Source: Candidatus Woesearchaeota archaeon
Lineage (GTDB): Archaea > Nanobdellota > Nanobdellia > SCGC-AAA011-G17 > GW2011-AR17
Length of the DNA stretch: 40,612 bases
NCBI GenBank assembly: GCA_009691355.1
Contig: SICW01000001.1
Span: 1 to 40,612, forward strand
Direction of reading: 5' to 3'
Under the pieces are notes generated by a model. The model did no database searches. It saw nothing but the letters and a program-made list of their open reading frames with translations, and had not been told where the DNA came from. Positions 8,878 to 17,889 of the stretch are shown here, piece by piece (position 1 is the stretch's first letter; every line of letters begins with the position of its first letter). The position numbers were made by a program, and so were the translations under genes.

Positions 8878-10011
8878 ATGTTTAACTTCCTTAAAGATAA
8901 AGTCAAGAATGCTATTTCTTCTATTAGTAGTAAATTCGATAAAGAAGCTGAAGTAGTGGAAACTAAGGAAGAGAAAAATGTCCCTGAAGCAATACAAGAA
9001 GCTAAAGAAATTGTTGAAGAACAAAAAATAGAAGCTAAAGAAGAAAACATTCCTAAGATCGGATCTAGCCATGAAGAAGCTCAGGAAATAGAAAAAATTA
9101 CACCTGTTTACGAAATGCAAACAGTAAAAGAAGAAAAGAAAGGATTTTTTGCAAAAGTTGCTGAGGTTGTTACTACCAAAAAGATTTCTGACTCACAATT
9201 TGACCAACTCTTTTGGGATTTAGAAGTTGAACTTCTTGAGAATAATGTTGCCTTTGAAGTTATAGAGAAGATTAAAACAGATCTTAAAACAAAACTCGTT
9301 GATATGCCTTTGAAAAGAACCCAAGTAGAGAAGATTATTGAAGATAGCCTTAGAGATAGTATATCTGAAATCTTAGAATTTCCAACATTTGACCTTATCC
9401 AGAAAGTACAAGAAAAGAAACCCTATGTTATTGTGTTTATTGGTGTTAACGGTTCTGGAAAAACAACAACTATTGCAAAAGTTGCACATATGCTGAAGAA
9501 AAATAAACTCAGTTCAGTACTCGTTGCTGCAGACACCTTTCGAGCTGCATCTATTCAACAACTAGAAGAACAAGGTAATAGAGTGGGTGTTAAAGTCATT
9601 AAACATGATTACGGATCTGACCCTGCAGCAGTTGCATTTGATGGAGTGAAATATGCACAACAAAAGGGAATTGATGTTGTTTTGATTGATACAGCAGGAA
9701 GGCAACACTCTAACACAAACCTCATGGATGAAATGAAAAAAATCATTCGCATAAGCAAACCAGATCTCAAAATTTATATTGGAGAAATGATTGCAGGAAA
9801 TGATTGTATTGATCAAATTAAAGATTTTGATGCTGCGGTACAGATTGATGGCGTTATCCTTAGTAAAGCAGAAATTGATGAAAAGGGAGGCACAGCACTT
9901 TCTGTTTCCTATGTCACTAAAAAACCCATTTATTTCTTAGGTGTGGGACAAGAACTCAATGACCTCAAATTATTTGATAAAGAAGATCTTCTTAAAAAGA
10001 TATTTTCATAG
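8878..10011 (+). CDS. ftsY: Signal recognition particle receptor FtsY
   Basis: It has GVNGSGKTTTIAK, DTAGR and a K/E-rich N-terminal region. The ATG at 8878 lies 23 nt after a CTTTAAATAG box, so the GTG at 8857 in the ORF track is less likely. Confidence 0.9.
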   Translation: MFNFLKDKVKNAISSISSKFDKEAEVVETKEEKNVPEAIQEAKEIVEEQKIEAKEENIPKIGSSHEEAQEIEKITPVYEMQTVKEEKKGFFAKVAEVVTTKKISDSQFDQLFWDLEVELLENNVAFEVIEKIKTDLKTKLVDMPLKRTQVEKIIEDSLRDSISEILEFPTFDLIQKVQEKKPYVIVFIGVNGSGKTTTIAKVAHMLKKNKLSSVLVAADTFRAASIQQLEEQGNRVGVKVIKHDYGSDPAAVAFDGVKYAQQKGIDVVLIDTAGRQHSNTNLMDEMKKIIRISKPDLKIYIGEMIAGNDCIDQIKDFDAAVQIDGVILSKAEIDEKGGTALSVSYVTKKPIYFLGVGQELNDLKLFDKEDLLKKIFS

Positions 10012-10058
10012 TAATATTTAAATAGTTGTTTTGCATGAAATATTTTAGAGGTGATATT

Positions 10059-10385
10059 ATGGCAGTATCAAAAAAGAAAGATGATGATAGTAAAACATGG
10101 GCATTCCTAGGTGTTTTTCTCACGGTGATTGGATTTATTATTGTCCTTCTCACAAGAAAAGAAGACGAATATGCTATGTATTATGCAAAACATGGACTGA
10201 TTTTGTTTATTGGTTGGGTTGCATTTAGTCTCTTAGGAAGAGTTCCGGTTGTAGGATGGTATTTCTACATTGTTGGTGGTATCGCTCTGTTGATATTATG
10301 GGTTATGGCTTTTATTGGCGCTTTATCCGGAGAGAAAAAAAGGTTTTTGATTCTCACAGATCTTGCTGAGAAAATTAATCTTTAA
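10059..10385 (+). CDS. Small integral membrane protein (3 predicted TM helices)
   Basis: MAVSKKKDDDSKTWAFLGVFLTVIGFIIVLL... is followed by two further hydrophobic spans. A GGTGAT Shine-Dalgarno-like motif sits directly upstream of the ATG at 10059. Confidence 0.5.
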   Translation: MAVSKKKDDDSKTWAFLGVFLTVIGFIIVLLTRKEDEYAMYYAKHGLILFIGWVAFSLLGRVPVVGWYFYIVGGIALLILWVMAFIGALSGEKKRFLILTDLAEKINL

Positions 10386-10414
10386 TTTTTTTTATTATTA
10401 CTTATGGAGTATAC

Positions 10415-10672
10415 ATGAAACAAAAAATCAAAAAAACAAAGAAAAAAGTCAGTCAAAGTATGGCTATAGCGGCTTTACTTTTGAATGTGCTTCTTATGCC
10501 AGGCCTTGGAACAATTATTGCTGGAAGAACATCCGAAGGGCTTTTACAAATTATCCTTCTTGTTGTAGGTATTGCACTGTCCTTCTTCTTGATAGGCATC
10601 CCTATTGTGATTCTGGTCTGGATCTGGGGATTGGTTACTGGTGTTCAGTTAATCAAAGAAGCAGAGCAATAA
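10415..10672 (+). CDS. Small integral membrane protein (2 TM helices)
   Basis: A basic N-terminus is followed by AIAALLLNVLLMPGLGTIIAG and LLVVGIALSFFLIGIPIVILVWIWGLV. I prefer it over the overlapping frame 10363..10680. Confidence 0.5.
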   Translation: MKQKIKKTKKKVSQSMAIAALLLNVLLMPGLGTIIAGRTSEGLLQIILLVVGIALSFFLIGIPIVILVWIWGLVTGVQLIKEAEQ

Positions 10673-10703
10673 GTTTATAATTTCTTATTCTTTTTATTTT
10701 TCT

Positions 10704-11345
10704 ATGAACCCTACCCTTAAAACAGAGCTCATACAACTTGCAAAAAAATATAGTCATGATGATGACCCTTCTCATGATTTTGAACATATACTACGAGTAT
10801 TACGAAATGCAGAAATAATAGCTACAAAAGAAGGAGCAGACCTTGACATTGTTATTCCTGCTGCACTTTTTCATGACCTGGTGAACTATCCGAAGAACCA
10901 TCCTAAAGCAAAATTTTCTTCAGAACTCAGTGCACAAAAAACGGGAAAACTCTTACGAAAACTGAAAAACTATCCCCAGTATAAAATCCCTTCCGTAGAG
11001 CATGCTATATCTTGTTGTTCTTTTAGCAAAAAAGTTGTACCAAATAGCCTAGAAGGTAAAGTGGTACAAGATGCAGACTGGTTAGAAGCAACAGGTGCAA
11101 TTTCTATTATGAGAACTTTTGCTACAACTGGAATAATGAAAAGGCCATTTTATCACCTTGAAGATCATTTTTGTGAGCATAGAGAAGCAGAGCCACTCCA
11201 TTATGCTGTTGATCTTTTCTATGCCCGCCTGCTACGTGTACATGAAAGGCTGAATACGAAAACTGCAAAAGCACTTGCAAAACGAAGAACAGCATTCCTA
11301 CAAACATTTTTAGAAGAACTAAAATTAGAACTTCAAATGAAGTAA
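10704..11345 (+). CDS. HD-domain metal-dependent phosphohydrolase
   Basis: H...HD spacing: HDFEHILRV ... AALFHDL ... QDADWLEA. Confidence 0.7.
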   Translation: MNPTLKTELIQLAKKYSHDDDPSHDFEHILRVLRNAEIIATKEGADLDIVIPAALFHDLVNYPKNHPKAKFSSELSAQKTGKLLRKLKNYPQYKIPSVEHAISCCSFSKKVVPNSLEGKVVQDADWLEATGAISIMRTFATTGIMKRPFYHLEDHFCEHREAEPLHYAVDLFYARLLRVHERLNTKTAKALAKRRTAFLQTFLEELKLELQMK

Positions 11346-11380
11346 TAAGCTTTATTAAGCCTATAAATACCCTCTTTTCC

Positions 11381-12739
11381 ATGGTTTTAGACAAATTAGG
11401 AAGCTCACTTAAGGAGACTTTATCTAAAATTGCAAAGAGTCTTTTTGTGGATGAAAAACTGGTTAATGAGCTTGTAAAGGACATTCAACGAGCACTCCTT
11501 CAATCTGATGTTAATGTAAAACTCGTGTTTGAACTCTCTACCTCCATTAAGAAACGAGCTCTTGATGAAAAAGTTCCCTCTGGTATTTCCCAAAGAGAAT
11601 ACTTGGTTACTATTGTGTATGAAGAACTCACTAAATTTCTTGGTGGAGAGAAGAATGAAATTGTTATTGATAAAACAAAAAAACCATTCAAAATTATGAT
11701 GGTTGGTCTTTTTGGCAATGGAAAAACTACGTCCTGTTCTAAAATCGCAAAGTATTATCAGAAAAGAGGATTTAAAATTGCAACTCTTGGGTTAGATGTA
11801 CACAGACCAGCTGCACCACAACAACTGAAACAACTTTCTGATAAACTGAGTATTCCTTGTTTTATTAATGAAAAAGAAAAGACTGCTTTGAAGATTTATC
11901 GAGAATTTGAAAAAAACTATAGTGAATATGACATTCTTCTTATTGATACAGCTGGGAGAGATGCCCTCTCTGAAGATCTTGTAGAAGAACTTTCTTCTTT
12001 AAACAAGGTTATTCAACCTGATGAAAAACTCTTAGTTATTTCAGGAGACCTTGGCCAAGCTGCACAGAAGCAAGCAGAGAGTTTCCATGCTTCTTGTGGT
12101 GTTACCGGAGTATTCATTACAAAGCTTGATGGAACTGCAAAGGGAGGAGGGGCCCTCAGTGCTTGTGCTGTTACTGGAGCACCTGTGAAGTTTATTGGAG
12201 TTGGAGAAAAAGCGGATGATATTGAAGTGTTTAATCCCAAAGGATTTGTAGGACGACTTCTAGGCATGGGAGATATTGAGGCATTACTTGAAAAAGCACA
12301 TGAAGCCATGAACCCTGAAACAGCTGAAGACCTGGGTAGAAAAATGTTAAAGGGAGATTTTAACTTCTTAGACCTCTATGAACAAATGGAAGCAATGGGA
12401 AAAATGGGACCACTTTCTAAAATTGTAGAAATGATTCCAGGTATGGGTGGCATGAAAATCCCCAAAGAAATGCTTGAGGGACAAGAAGGGAAATTAAAAA
12501 AATGGAAAATTATTATGAGTAGTTGCACAAAAGAAGAACTTGAAGATCCAGAGATTATTTCCCGAGAGAGAATTGATAGAATTGCAAATGGTTCTGGTAC
12601 GAGCGTTGGAGAAGTACGAGAACTATTGAAACAGTACAAGCAAAGCAAAAAAATGATGAAGATGATGAAAGGGATGGATGACCCTGAAAAAATGATGAAA
12701 AAGTTTAAAGGGAAAATGCCCAAAGGATTTGGAATGTAA
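11381..12739 (+). CDS. srp54: Signal recognition particle protein SRP54
   Basis: It has GLFGNGKTTSCSK, DTAGR and a Met-rich C-terminal M domain (MKMMKGMDDPEKMMKKF). Confidence 0.95.
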   Translation: MVLDKLGSSLKETLSKIAKSLFVDEKLVNELVKDIQRALLQSDVNVKLVFELSTSIKKRALDEKVPSGISQREYLVTIVYEELTKFLGGEKNEIVIDKTKKPFKIMMVGLFGNGKTTSCSKIAKYYQKRGFKIATLGLDVHRPAAPQQLKQLSDKLSIPCFINEKEKTALKIYREFEKNYSEYDILLIDTAGRDALSEDLVEELSSLNKVIQPDEKLLVISGDLGQAAQKQAESFHASCGVTGVFITKLDGTAKGGGALSACAVTGAPVKFIGVGEKADDIEVFNPKGFVGRLLGMGDIEALLEKAHEAMNPETAEDLGRKMLKGDFNFLDLYEQMEAMGKMGPLSKIVEMIPGMGGMKIPKEMLEGQEGKLKKWKIIMSSCTKEELEDPEIISRERIDRIANGSGTSVGEVRELLKQYKQSKKMMKMMKGMDDPEKMMKKFKGKMPKGFGM

Positions 12740-12740
12740 G

Positions 12741-13340
12741 GTGAAAATATTTCTTCATGAGGGTGCTGAGGCAAAAATTTATTTCTCTGATGGAACTGTC
12801 ATTAAAGAACGTTTGAGTAAAGATTATAGACATAAAGATCTGGATATGTCTATTCGAAAGAAAAATACCCGAAAAGAAGCAAAACTTTTACAAAAAGCAG
12901 GAGAATATATTCCTGTACCAAAAGTTCTTGGACACTCTGATAAAGAGATGGTTATACAAATGGAGTTTATTGAAGGAAAAAAACTAAGGGATGTTATTGA
13001 ATCTATTGATAGAAAGAATATTTTTACTCGCGTAGGAAGAAAAATTGCAAAACTGCACAACGCAAGTATTATCCATGGGGATTTGACTACGTCAAATATT
13101 CTTATTCATGATAAAGTCTATTTTATTGATTTTGGACTAGGATTTATTTCAACGAAAATAGAGGACAAAGCCGTTGATTTGCATATCATCAAGAAGGCAC
13201 TTGAAAGTAAACATTATACACATGCAGAAGAGTGTTTCACATACCTTTTAGAAGGCTATACAGAAGAAAACAAAGAAACGGAAGCAATTCTCCGACGACT
13301 AGACAAGGTTGAGAAGAGAGGGCATTACAAACAGAAGTAG
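12741..13340 (+). CDS. bud32: Bud32 (Kae1-associated, RIO-type) kinase of the KEOPS complex
   Basis: It has GAEAKIY, IHGDLTTSNIL and FIDFGL, at about 200 aa. The start is ambiguous: TTG at 12729, or GTG at 12741 just after the srp54 stop. Confidence 0.75.
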   Translation: MKIFLHEGAEAKIYFSDGTVIKERLSKDYRHKDLDMSIRKKNTRKEAKLLQKAGEYIPVPKVLGHSDKEMVIQMEFIEGKKLRDVIESIDRKNIFTRVGRKIAKLHNASIIHGDLTTSNILIHDKVYFIDFGLGFISTKIEDKAVDLHIIKKALESKHYTHAEECFTYLLEGYTEENKETEAILRRLDKVEKRGHYKQK

Positions 13341-14072
13341 TTAGATAGGAAAGTCTAATTTTACTTGTTCTTCATAGTTAAACTTTTCATACGTTTCATC
13401 ATAACGTTCTAAACAGTCCGTAATGATATTCTCTACTCTTCTTTCTACTAGAGTTACTCTCTCTCCACCTGTTAAAGGAGAATAATATGTATAGGGGTAG
13501 CTAACACCGAAATCATGGATATATCTTTTTACATTGGATTTAAACGTTCTTTTTTCCCAAAATGTTCCTCCACTTCTTCTGGAGTTATATTCTTTGACTA
13601 ATTCTATTGATTTCCTTAAAAAAGTAGGAAACAATAGATCTTTTCTCAATTTTGTTTCTCCCATTAATTGCATAACTTGAAAGTTAAATATTATGGACTC
13701 AGAAGGAATTTCTACATCTCCAGACCTATTAATATTTTCTTGGACTATAAGTTCTATGCCACTCTCTTTAGCATATCCATCCAGTCCTCTAGAATGTCCA
13801 TAAGAGCTTGAGGAAAACTCCAATGCTAATCCAGAATATAACCATCTTTCTTTTAGAACACAACCTCTTACTATGATGAGAGGAGTTACTTTGCACTGCG
13901 TTAAGCTTCTATATTCTTCGTCTTTTAATTGAAAGCTTTTCCCATCTTGAATACTATACACATCCTCATGGAAGTCGCTTACTCCCCCTTTAGGATTAAA
14001 TTTGCTTAGGTTGAATTTTCTCATCTTCTCTTTATTTAGTAGTAACAGCTTATTGTTAAAAGTATCTGCCAT
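13341..14072 (-). CDS. Hypothetical protein (orphan)
   Basis: It is a long open frame with host-like AT-rich codon usage. The ATG at 14072 lies about 21-25 nt from a TATA-like box in the 39-nt divergent spacer. I recognised no family motif. Confidence 0.5.
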   Translation of the reverse strand: MADTFNNKLLLLNKEKMRKFNLSKFNPKGGVSDFHEDVYSIQDGKSFQLKDEEYRSLTQCKVTPLIIVRGCVLKERWLYSGLALEFSSSSYGHSRGLDGYAKESGIELIVQENINRSGDVEIPSESIIFNFQVMQLMGETKLRKDLLFPTFLRKSIELVKEYNSRRSGGTFWEKRTFKSNVKRYIHDFGVSYPYTYYSPLTGGERVTLVERRVENIITDCLERYDETYEKFNYEEQVKLDFPI

Positions 14073-14123
14073 ATTCTTTGACAAAACGCAATATTTATAT
14101 ATTAAAATAGAGATATATCAATA

Positions 14124-15086
14124 ATGGAGTTAGACACAAGAGATCGAAAATTACTTTATTCCATGGATTTCTCTGCTCGTCAGCCTTTATCACAAATTGC
14201 TCGATCTCTGAGGATTTCAAAACAGGCATTAACATATCGTTTAGAAAGATTAGAGAAGGAAAATATCATTCAAGGATACTATTGTGATATCAACCCTTCA
14301 AAGATAGGTCTTACTATTTATCTTGTTTATTTCAAATTTCACAAACTTTCTCCAGACAAAGAAAAGAATTTTACCTCATTCCTTACAACTAAAGAAGGTG
14401 TTGGGGTGAATGTCTCACTTCAAGGAGAATGGGACTATTGTATTGGAATATGGGCGAAAGATATTTTTCATTTTAAAAGACTTTATAGAGAAACTATGAA
14501 ACATTATGAAACATACGTTAAAGAAAAAAGGATCATGATTGAAACAGACTTTTTCTATTTTAAACCCCAAGCTATCCTTAATCTTAAGGAGAATAAACAA
14601 ATCACTATGGAAGGATCAATGGAAGTTATAGAAATTGATGCTATTGACCAGGAGATTATTAGGTCTCTTTCAAAGAATGCAAGAATTTCACTTGTAGAAC
14701 TTGCTCAAAAAACTCATTTGAGTCCAAATGCTATCAAAGCAAGAATAAAATACTTAGAGAAAGAAAAAATTATCTTAGGTTATAGAGTCATGATTAACTA
14801 CCAAGTCTTAGGATTCTTACACCACAGGATATTTTTACATTTAGAGAATATTACTGAAGACAAAGAAAAGAAGATTATTCATTTTTTAAAAAGTAGGAAA
14901 GAGGTTCTTTCCGTTACTAAAACTATTGGCTTTTGTGAATTAGAATTTAGATCAATAACTTTAGATATTCATGAACACTACAAGCTCCTAGAAGAACTTA
15001 AAACTGCTTTTCCAGATACTATAAAGAGCCATAATTCTGTGATTTATTACAAATTTCACCAAACTCTTAACTATTTTCCTTTTTGA
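14124..15086 (+). CDS. Tandem-duplicated Lrp/AsnC family transcriptional regulator
   Basis: Two HTH-plus-effector halves are present. The first is RDRKLLYSM...ISKQALTYRLERLEKENIIQGY. The second is IDQEIIRSL...LSPNAIKARIKYLEKEKIILGY. Confidence 0.7.
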   Translation: MELDTRDRKLLYSMDFSARQPLSQIARSLRISKQALTYRLERLEKENIIQGYYCDINPSKIGLTIYLVYFKFHKLSPDKEKNFTSFLTTKEGVGVNVSLQGEWDYCIGIWAKDIFHFKRLYRETMKHYETYVKEKRIMIETDFFYFKPQAILNLKENKQITMEGSMEVIEIDAIDQEIIRSLSKNARISLVELAQKTHLSPNAIKARIKYLEKEKIILGYRVMINYQVLGFLHHRIFLHLENITEDKEKKIIHFLKSRKEVLSVTKTIGFCELEFRSITLDIHEHYKLLEELKTAFPDTIKSHNSVIYYKFHQTLNYFPF

Positions 15087-15134
15087 GCTTGACTTCCAAA
15101 ACATTTATTAAGAGACTTTTTCTCCAGACTAGAA

Positions 15135-16811
15135 TTGGCACAGACAACACTTCCAGGGGCAACAACAGGAAAGAAAGAGAGACATATTGCTGAAATCCTT
15201 GCAGAGAAACAACAATCCATTTCTATTTCAGAATTTTTTACAAAGAATAGACATCTCCTTGGCTTTGATAATCCCCGAAAAGCACTTCTTACTACGGTTA
15301 AAGAGATGGTAGATAACTCTTTAGATGCATGCCAGGAAATGAAAGTTCTTCCCGAAATTAAAGTTATTCTTGAAGAAACCAGCCCAGATAAATATAAGGT
15401 AACTGTAGAAGATAATGGGCCAGGAATTGTACGAAAACAAATACCTAATATTTTTGCAAAACTCTTGTATGGAAGCAAGTTCCATAGGCTAAAAATGAGT
15501 AGAGGTCAACAAGGAATTGGAGTCTCTGCATCTGTTCTTTATGGACAACTGACTACAGGAAAACCTGTACGTATTATTTCCAAAATTGGACCAACAGTAA
15601 AATCACATTATTTTGAACTTCATCTGAATACAAAAACAAACGAACCAGAAATTATGAAAGATGAAGAGAGAGAATGGGAAAATAAAGATCATGGAACAAA
15701 AGTACAAATAGAACTAGAAGGGAAATATCAACAAGGGAAATTAAGTGTTGATGAATTCTTACAGCTCACTTCTATTTCTAATCCTGAAGCAACTATTATT
15801 TACAAAGGGCCAAATGCTGAAGCAGTAGAGTTTACACGAGCAAGCAAGGATTTACCTCGAGAAGCAAAAGAAATCCAGCCTCATCCTTATGGAGTAGAAT
15901 TAGGAACACTCATGCGTATGCTTTTGGATACAAAATCTCCAAGCCTCCAAAGTTTTCTTCAGAACGATTTCTGTCGTGTGAGTGCTTCTGTTGCAAAAGA
16001 GATTTGTGACAAATCTGGCCTTGAAGAACGAATGAAACCTTCTTCTATTTCTAGAGATGAAGTGGAGAAAATATTCAATGCTATCAAACAGATAAAAATT
16101 ATGGCCCCGCCAACAGATTGCCTCTCTCCTATTGGAGAAGAACAAATGCTCAAAGGATTGAAAAAAGAAATTAATGCAGAGTTTTATGCTGCAGTTACAC
16201 GAGCACCTGTAGTCTATAGAGGATTTCCATTCCAATTAGAAGTGGCAATTGCCTATGGCGGAGATCTTCCTAAAGATGAATTTGCACGTGTGATCCGATA
16301 TGCAAACCGTGTACCATTGCAACATCAGCCTGGGGCATGTGCACTGACACGATCTATTATTCAAACAGCATGGAAAAACTATGGAATCTCACAATCTAAA
16401 GGAACATTACCTACTGGACCTATTGTTATCATGGTACATATGGCTTCTGTGTGGGTGCCATTTACATCCGAAAGTAAAGAGGCTGTTGCATCATACCCAG
16501 AGATTATCAAAGAAGTTCGATTAGCTATACAAGATGCTGGAAGAAAATTAGCTTCTTACATTCGAAAAAATGTCAGGGCGAAGGAACAGCAAGAGCGAAT
16601 AGGTTTATTTGAGAAGTATATCCCTGAATTAGCTGCATCACTTGCCACACTTACTGGAGAGAAAAAAAGTGAAATTGAAGAAGAGTTACTGAAGATATTA
16701 AAGAAAGAGTTAAAAGGATTACTTGTTGAAGTGAAAGAAGCAGAAAAAGAAGAAATTACCCCTGATGGCGTTGCGTATGGAGAAAAACAGAAGGGGTTAG
16801 ACAATGAGTAA
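15135..16811 (+). CDS. top6B: DNA topoisomerase VI subunit B
   Basis: It has Bergerat-fold motifs KEMVDNSLDA and VEDNGPGI, and ISISEFFTKNRHLLGFD near the N-terminus. Only a TTG (15135) is available upstream of the conserved N-terminus. Confidence 0.9.
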   Translation: MAQTTLPGATTGKKERHIAEILAEKQQSISISEFFTKNRHLLGFDNPRKALLTTVKEMVDNSLDACQEMKVLPEIKVILEETSPDKYKVTVEDNGPGIVRKQIPNIFAKLLYGSKFHRLKMSRGQQGIGVSASVLYGQLTTGKPVRIISKIGPTVKSHYFELHLNTKTNEPEIMKDEEREWENKDHGTKVQIELEGKYQQGKLSVDEFLQLTSISNPEATIIYKGPNAEAVEFTRASKDLPREAKEIQPHPYGVELGTLMRMLLDTKSPSLQSFLQNDFCRVSASVAKEICDKSGLEERMKPSSISRDEVEKIFNAIKQIKIMAPPTDCLSPIGEEQMLKGLKKEINAEFYAAVTRAPVVYRGFPFQLEVAIAYGGDLPKDEFARVIRYANRVPLQHQPGACALTRSIIQTAWKNYGISQSKGTLPTGPIVIMVHMASVWVPFTSESKEAVASYPEIIKEVRLAIQDAGRKLASYIRKNVRAKEQQERIGLFEKYIPELAASLATLTGEKKSEIEEELLKILKKELKGLLVEVKEAEKEEITPDGVAYGEKQKGLDNE

Positions 16812-17889
16812 AGAAGATTCAAAAAATGCATTGAAAGATCTTGGAGCAAAAATTGTGCACCAAGTGAAAAAAGGGAAGAACCCAGAAATGGTGTTTCCTC
16901 TGAGAAATTTAAGTAATATTGTGTATGATAAAAAGTCTAAAACTTTGAAACTAGGGAATAAAACCGGAACGAGAAGTTTCTTTAATGTTGCACACTCGAA
17001 GAAATTTTTGCAGACTGTGGAGGTTGCTTCTGTCATTAAAGATAAACTCTTAGATAGCGGAAAGCATTCTAGTCTGCGAGATGTGTTTTATATGGTTAAA
17101 AAGACTATTCCTGGAACTAAGGTTAATCTTGTTGATGATCAAACAGAGTCGGATAAAGCAATTGAAGATCTTGAAGTCATGACCGGAATCTCTCGAGAAG
17201 AAATGCATGTGAATGCAAATAAGAATGGGAGTGTCGCTGGAAAAGTTATTATTGAAGATAGAGGGGATACCATTGATTGGAGTAAGTTAGGTAGTGGAGG
17301 ATGGTCTATCCCATCAAATGTGGAAGAAATTACATTCAAAAAAGTTGATGCGAAGTATGTCTTGTACATGGAAAAGGCTGCTGTATGGGAAAGGTTAAAT
17401 GAAGATAAATATTGGCAAAAAAATGATGCTATTATTCTTGCATCTCAGGGGCAAACAACACGAGGTATTCGGAGACTGCTTCAAAGGCTTTATGAAGAAT
17501 ATAATCTCCCGATTTATGTCTGTTGTGATGGAGATATATATGGTGCATATATTTACTCTGTGATTAAGTATGGCTCTATTGCCCTTTCTCATGCTTCAGA
17601 AAGACTCACTATTCCTAGTGTAAGGTATATTGGAATTACTATGGATGATATAGAGAAATATGACTTAAAAAAACATTTTATTACTCTTGATGAAAAGGAC
17701 TATGCACGAATTAAACAAGTTTCTGAGTATGAATGGTTTAAAGATAATAAAGACTGGCAGAGACAGTTCAAGATGATGAAAGAGTTTAAAGCAAAAGTAG
17801 AAATTCAGGCTTTAAGTGCGCGAGGAATTAGTTTTATCTCTGAAGAATACTTGCCTAAAAAAATAAAGAATAAAGAATTTTTAGATTAA
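16804..17889 (+). CDS. top6A: DNA topoisomerase VI subunit A (Spo11 homolog)
   Basis: It overlaps top6B by 8 nt. It has the Toprim acidic cluster YVCCDGDIYGAYI and the LRDVFY catalytic-Tyr region. Confidence 0.9.
   Translation: MSKEDSKNALKDLGAKIVHQVKKGKNPEMVFPLRNLSNIVYDKKSKTLKLGNKTGTRSFFNVAHSKKFLQTVEVASVIKDKLLDSGKHSSLRDVFYMVKKTIPGTKVNLVDDQTESDKAIEDLEVMTGISREEMHVNANKNGSVAGKVIIEDRGDTIDWSKLGSGGWSIPSNVEEITFKKVDAKYVLYMEKAAVWERLNEDKYWQKNDAIILASQGQTTRGIRRLLQRLYEEYNLPIYVCCDGDIYGAYIYSVIKYGSIALSHASERLTIPSVRYIGITMDDIEKYDLKKHFITLDEKDYARIKQVSEYEWFKDNKDWQRQFKMMKEFKAKVEIQALSARGISFISEEYLPKKIKNKEFLD

Noticed and set aside
10363-10680. Alternative frame overlapping the small membrane protein gene 10415..10672.
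   Set aside because: It overlaps the preceding gene's end and its product has no membrane or other pattern. The 10415 frame has an ATG, a GGAG upstream and two clean TM helices.
12013-12774. Antisense ORFs 12013..12309 and 12376..12774 inside srp54. Similar shadows are 852..1067, 3131..3370, 7085..7342, 9562..9816, 15071..15478, 15900..16235, 19437..19721, 21124..21441 and 24019..24378.
   Set aside because: They lie opposite strongly recognisable conserved genes. Their products are low complexity (Ser/Phe/Ile/Pro-rich) and they have no start-site context. They are typical shadow frames.
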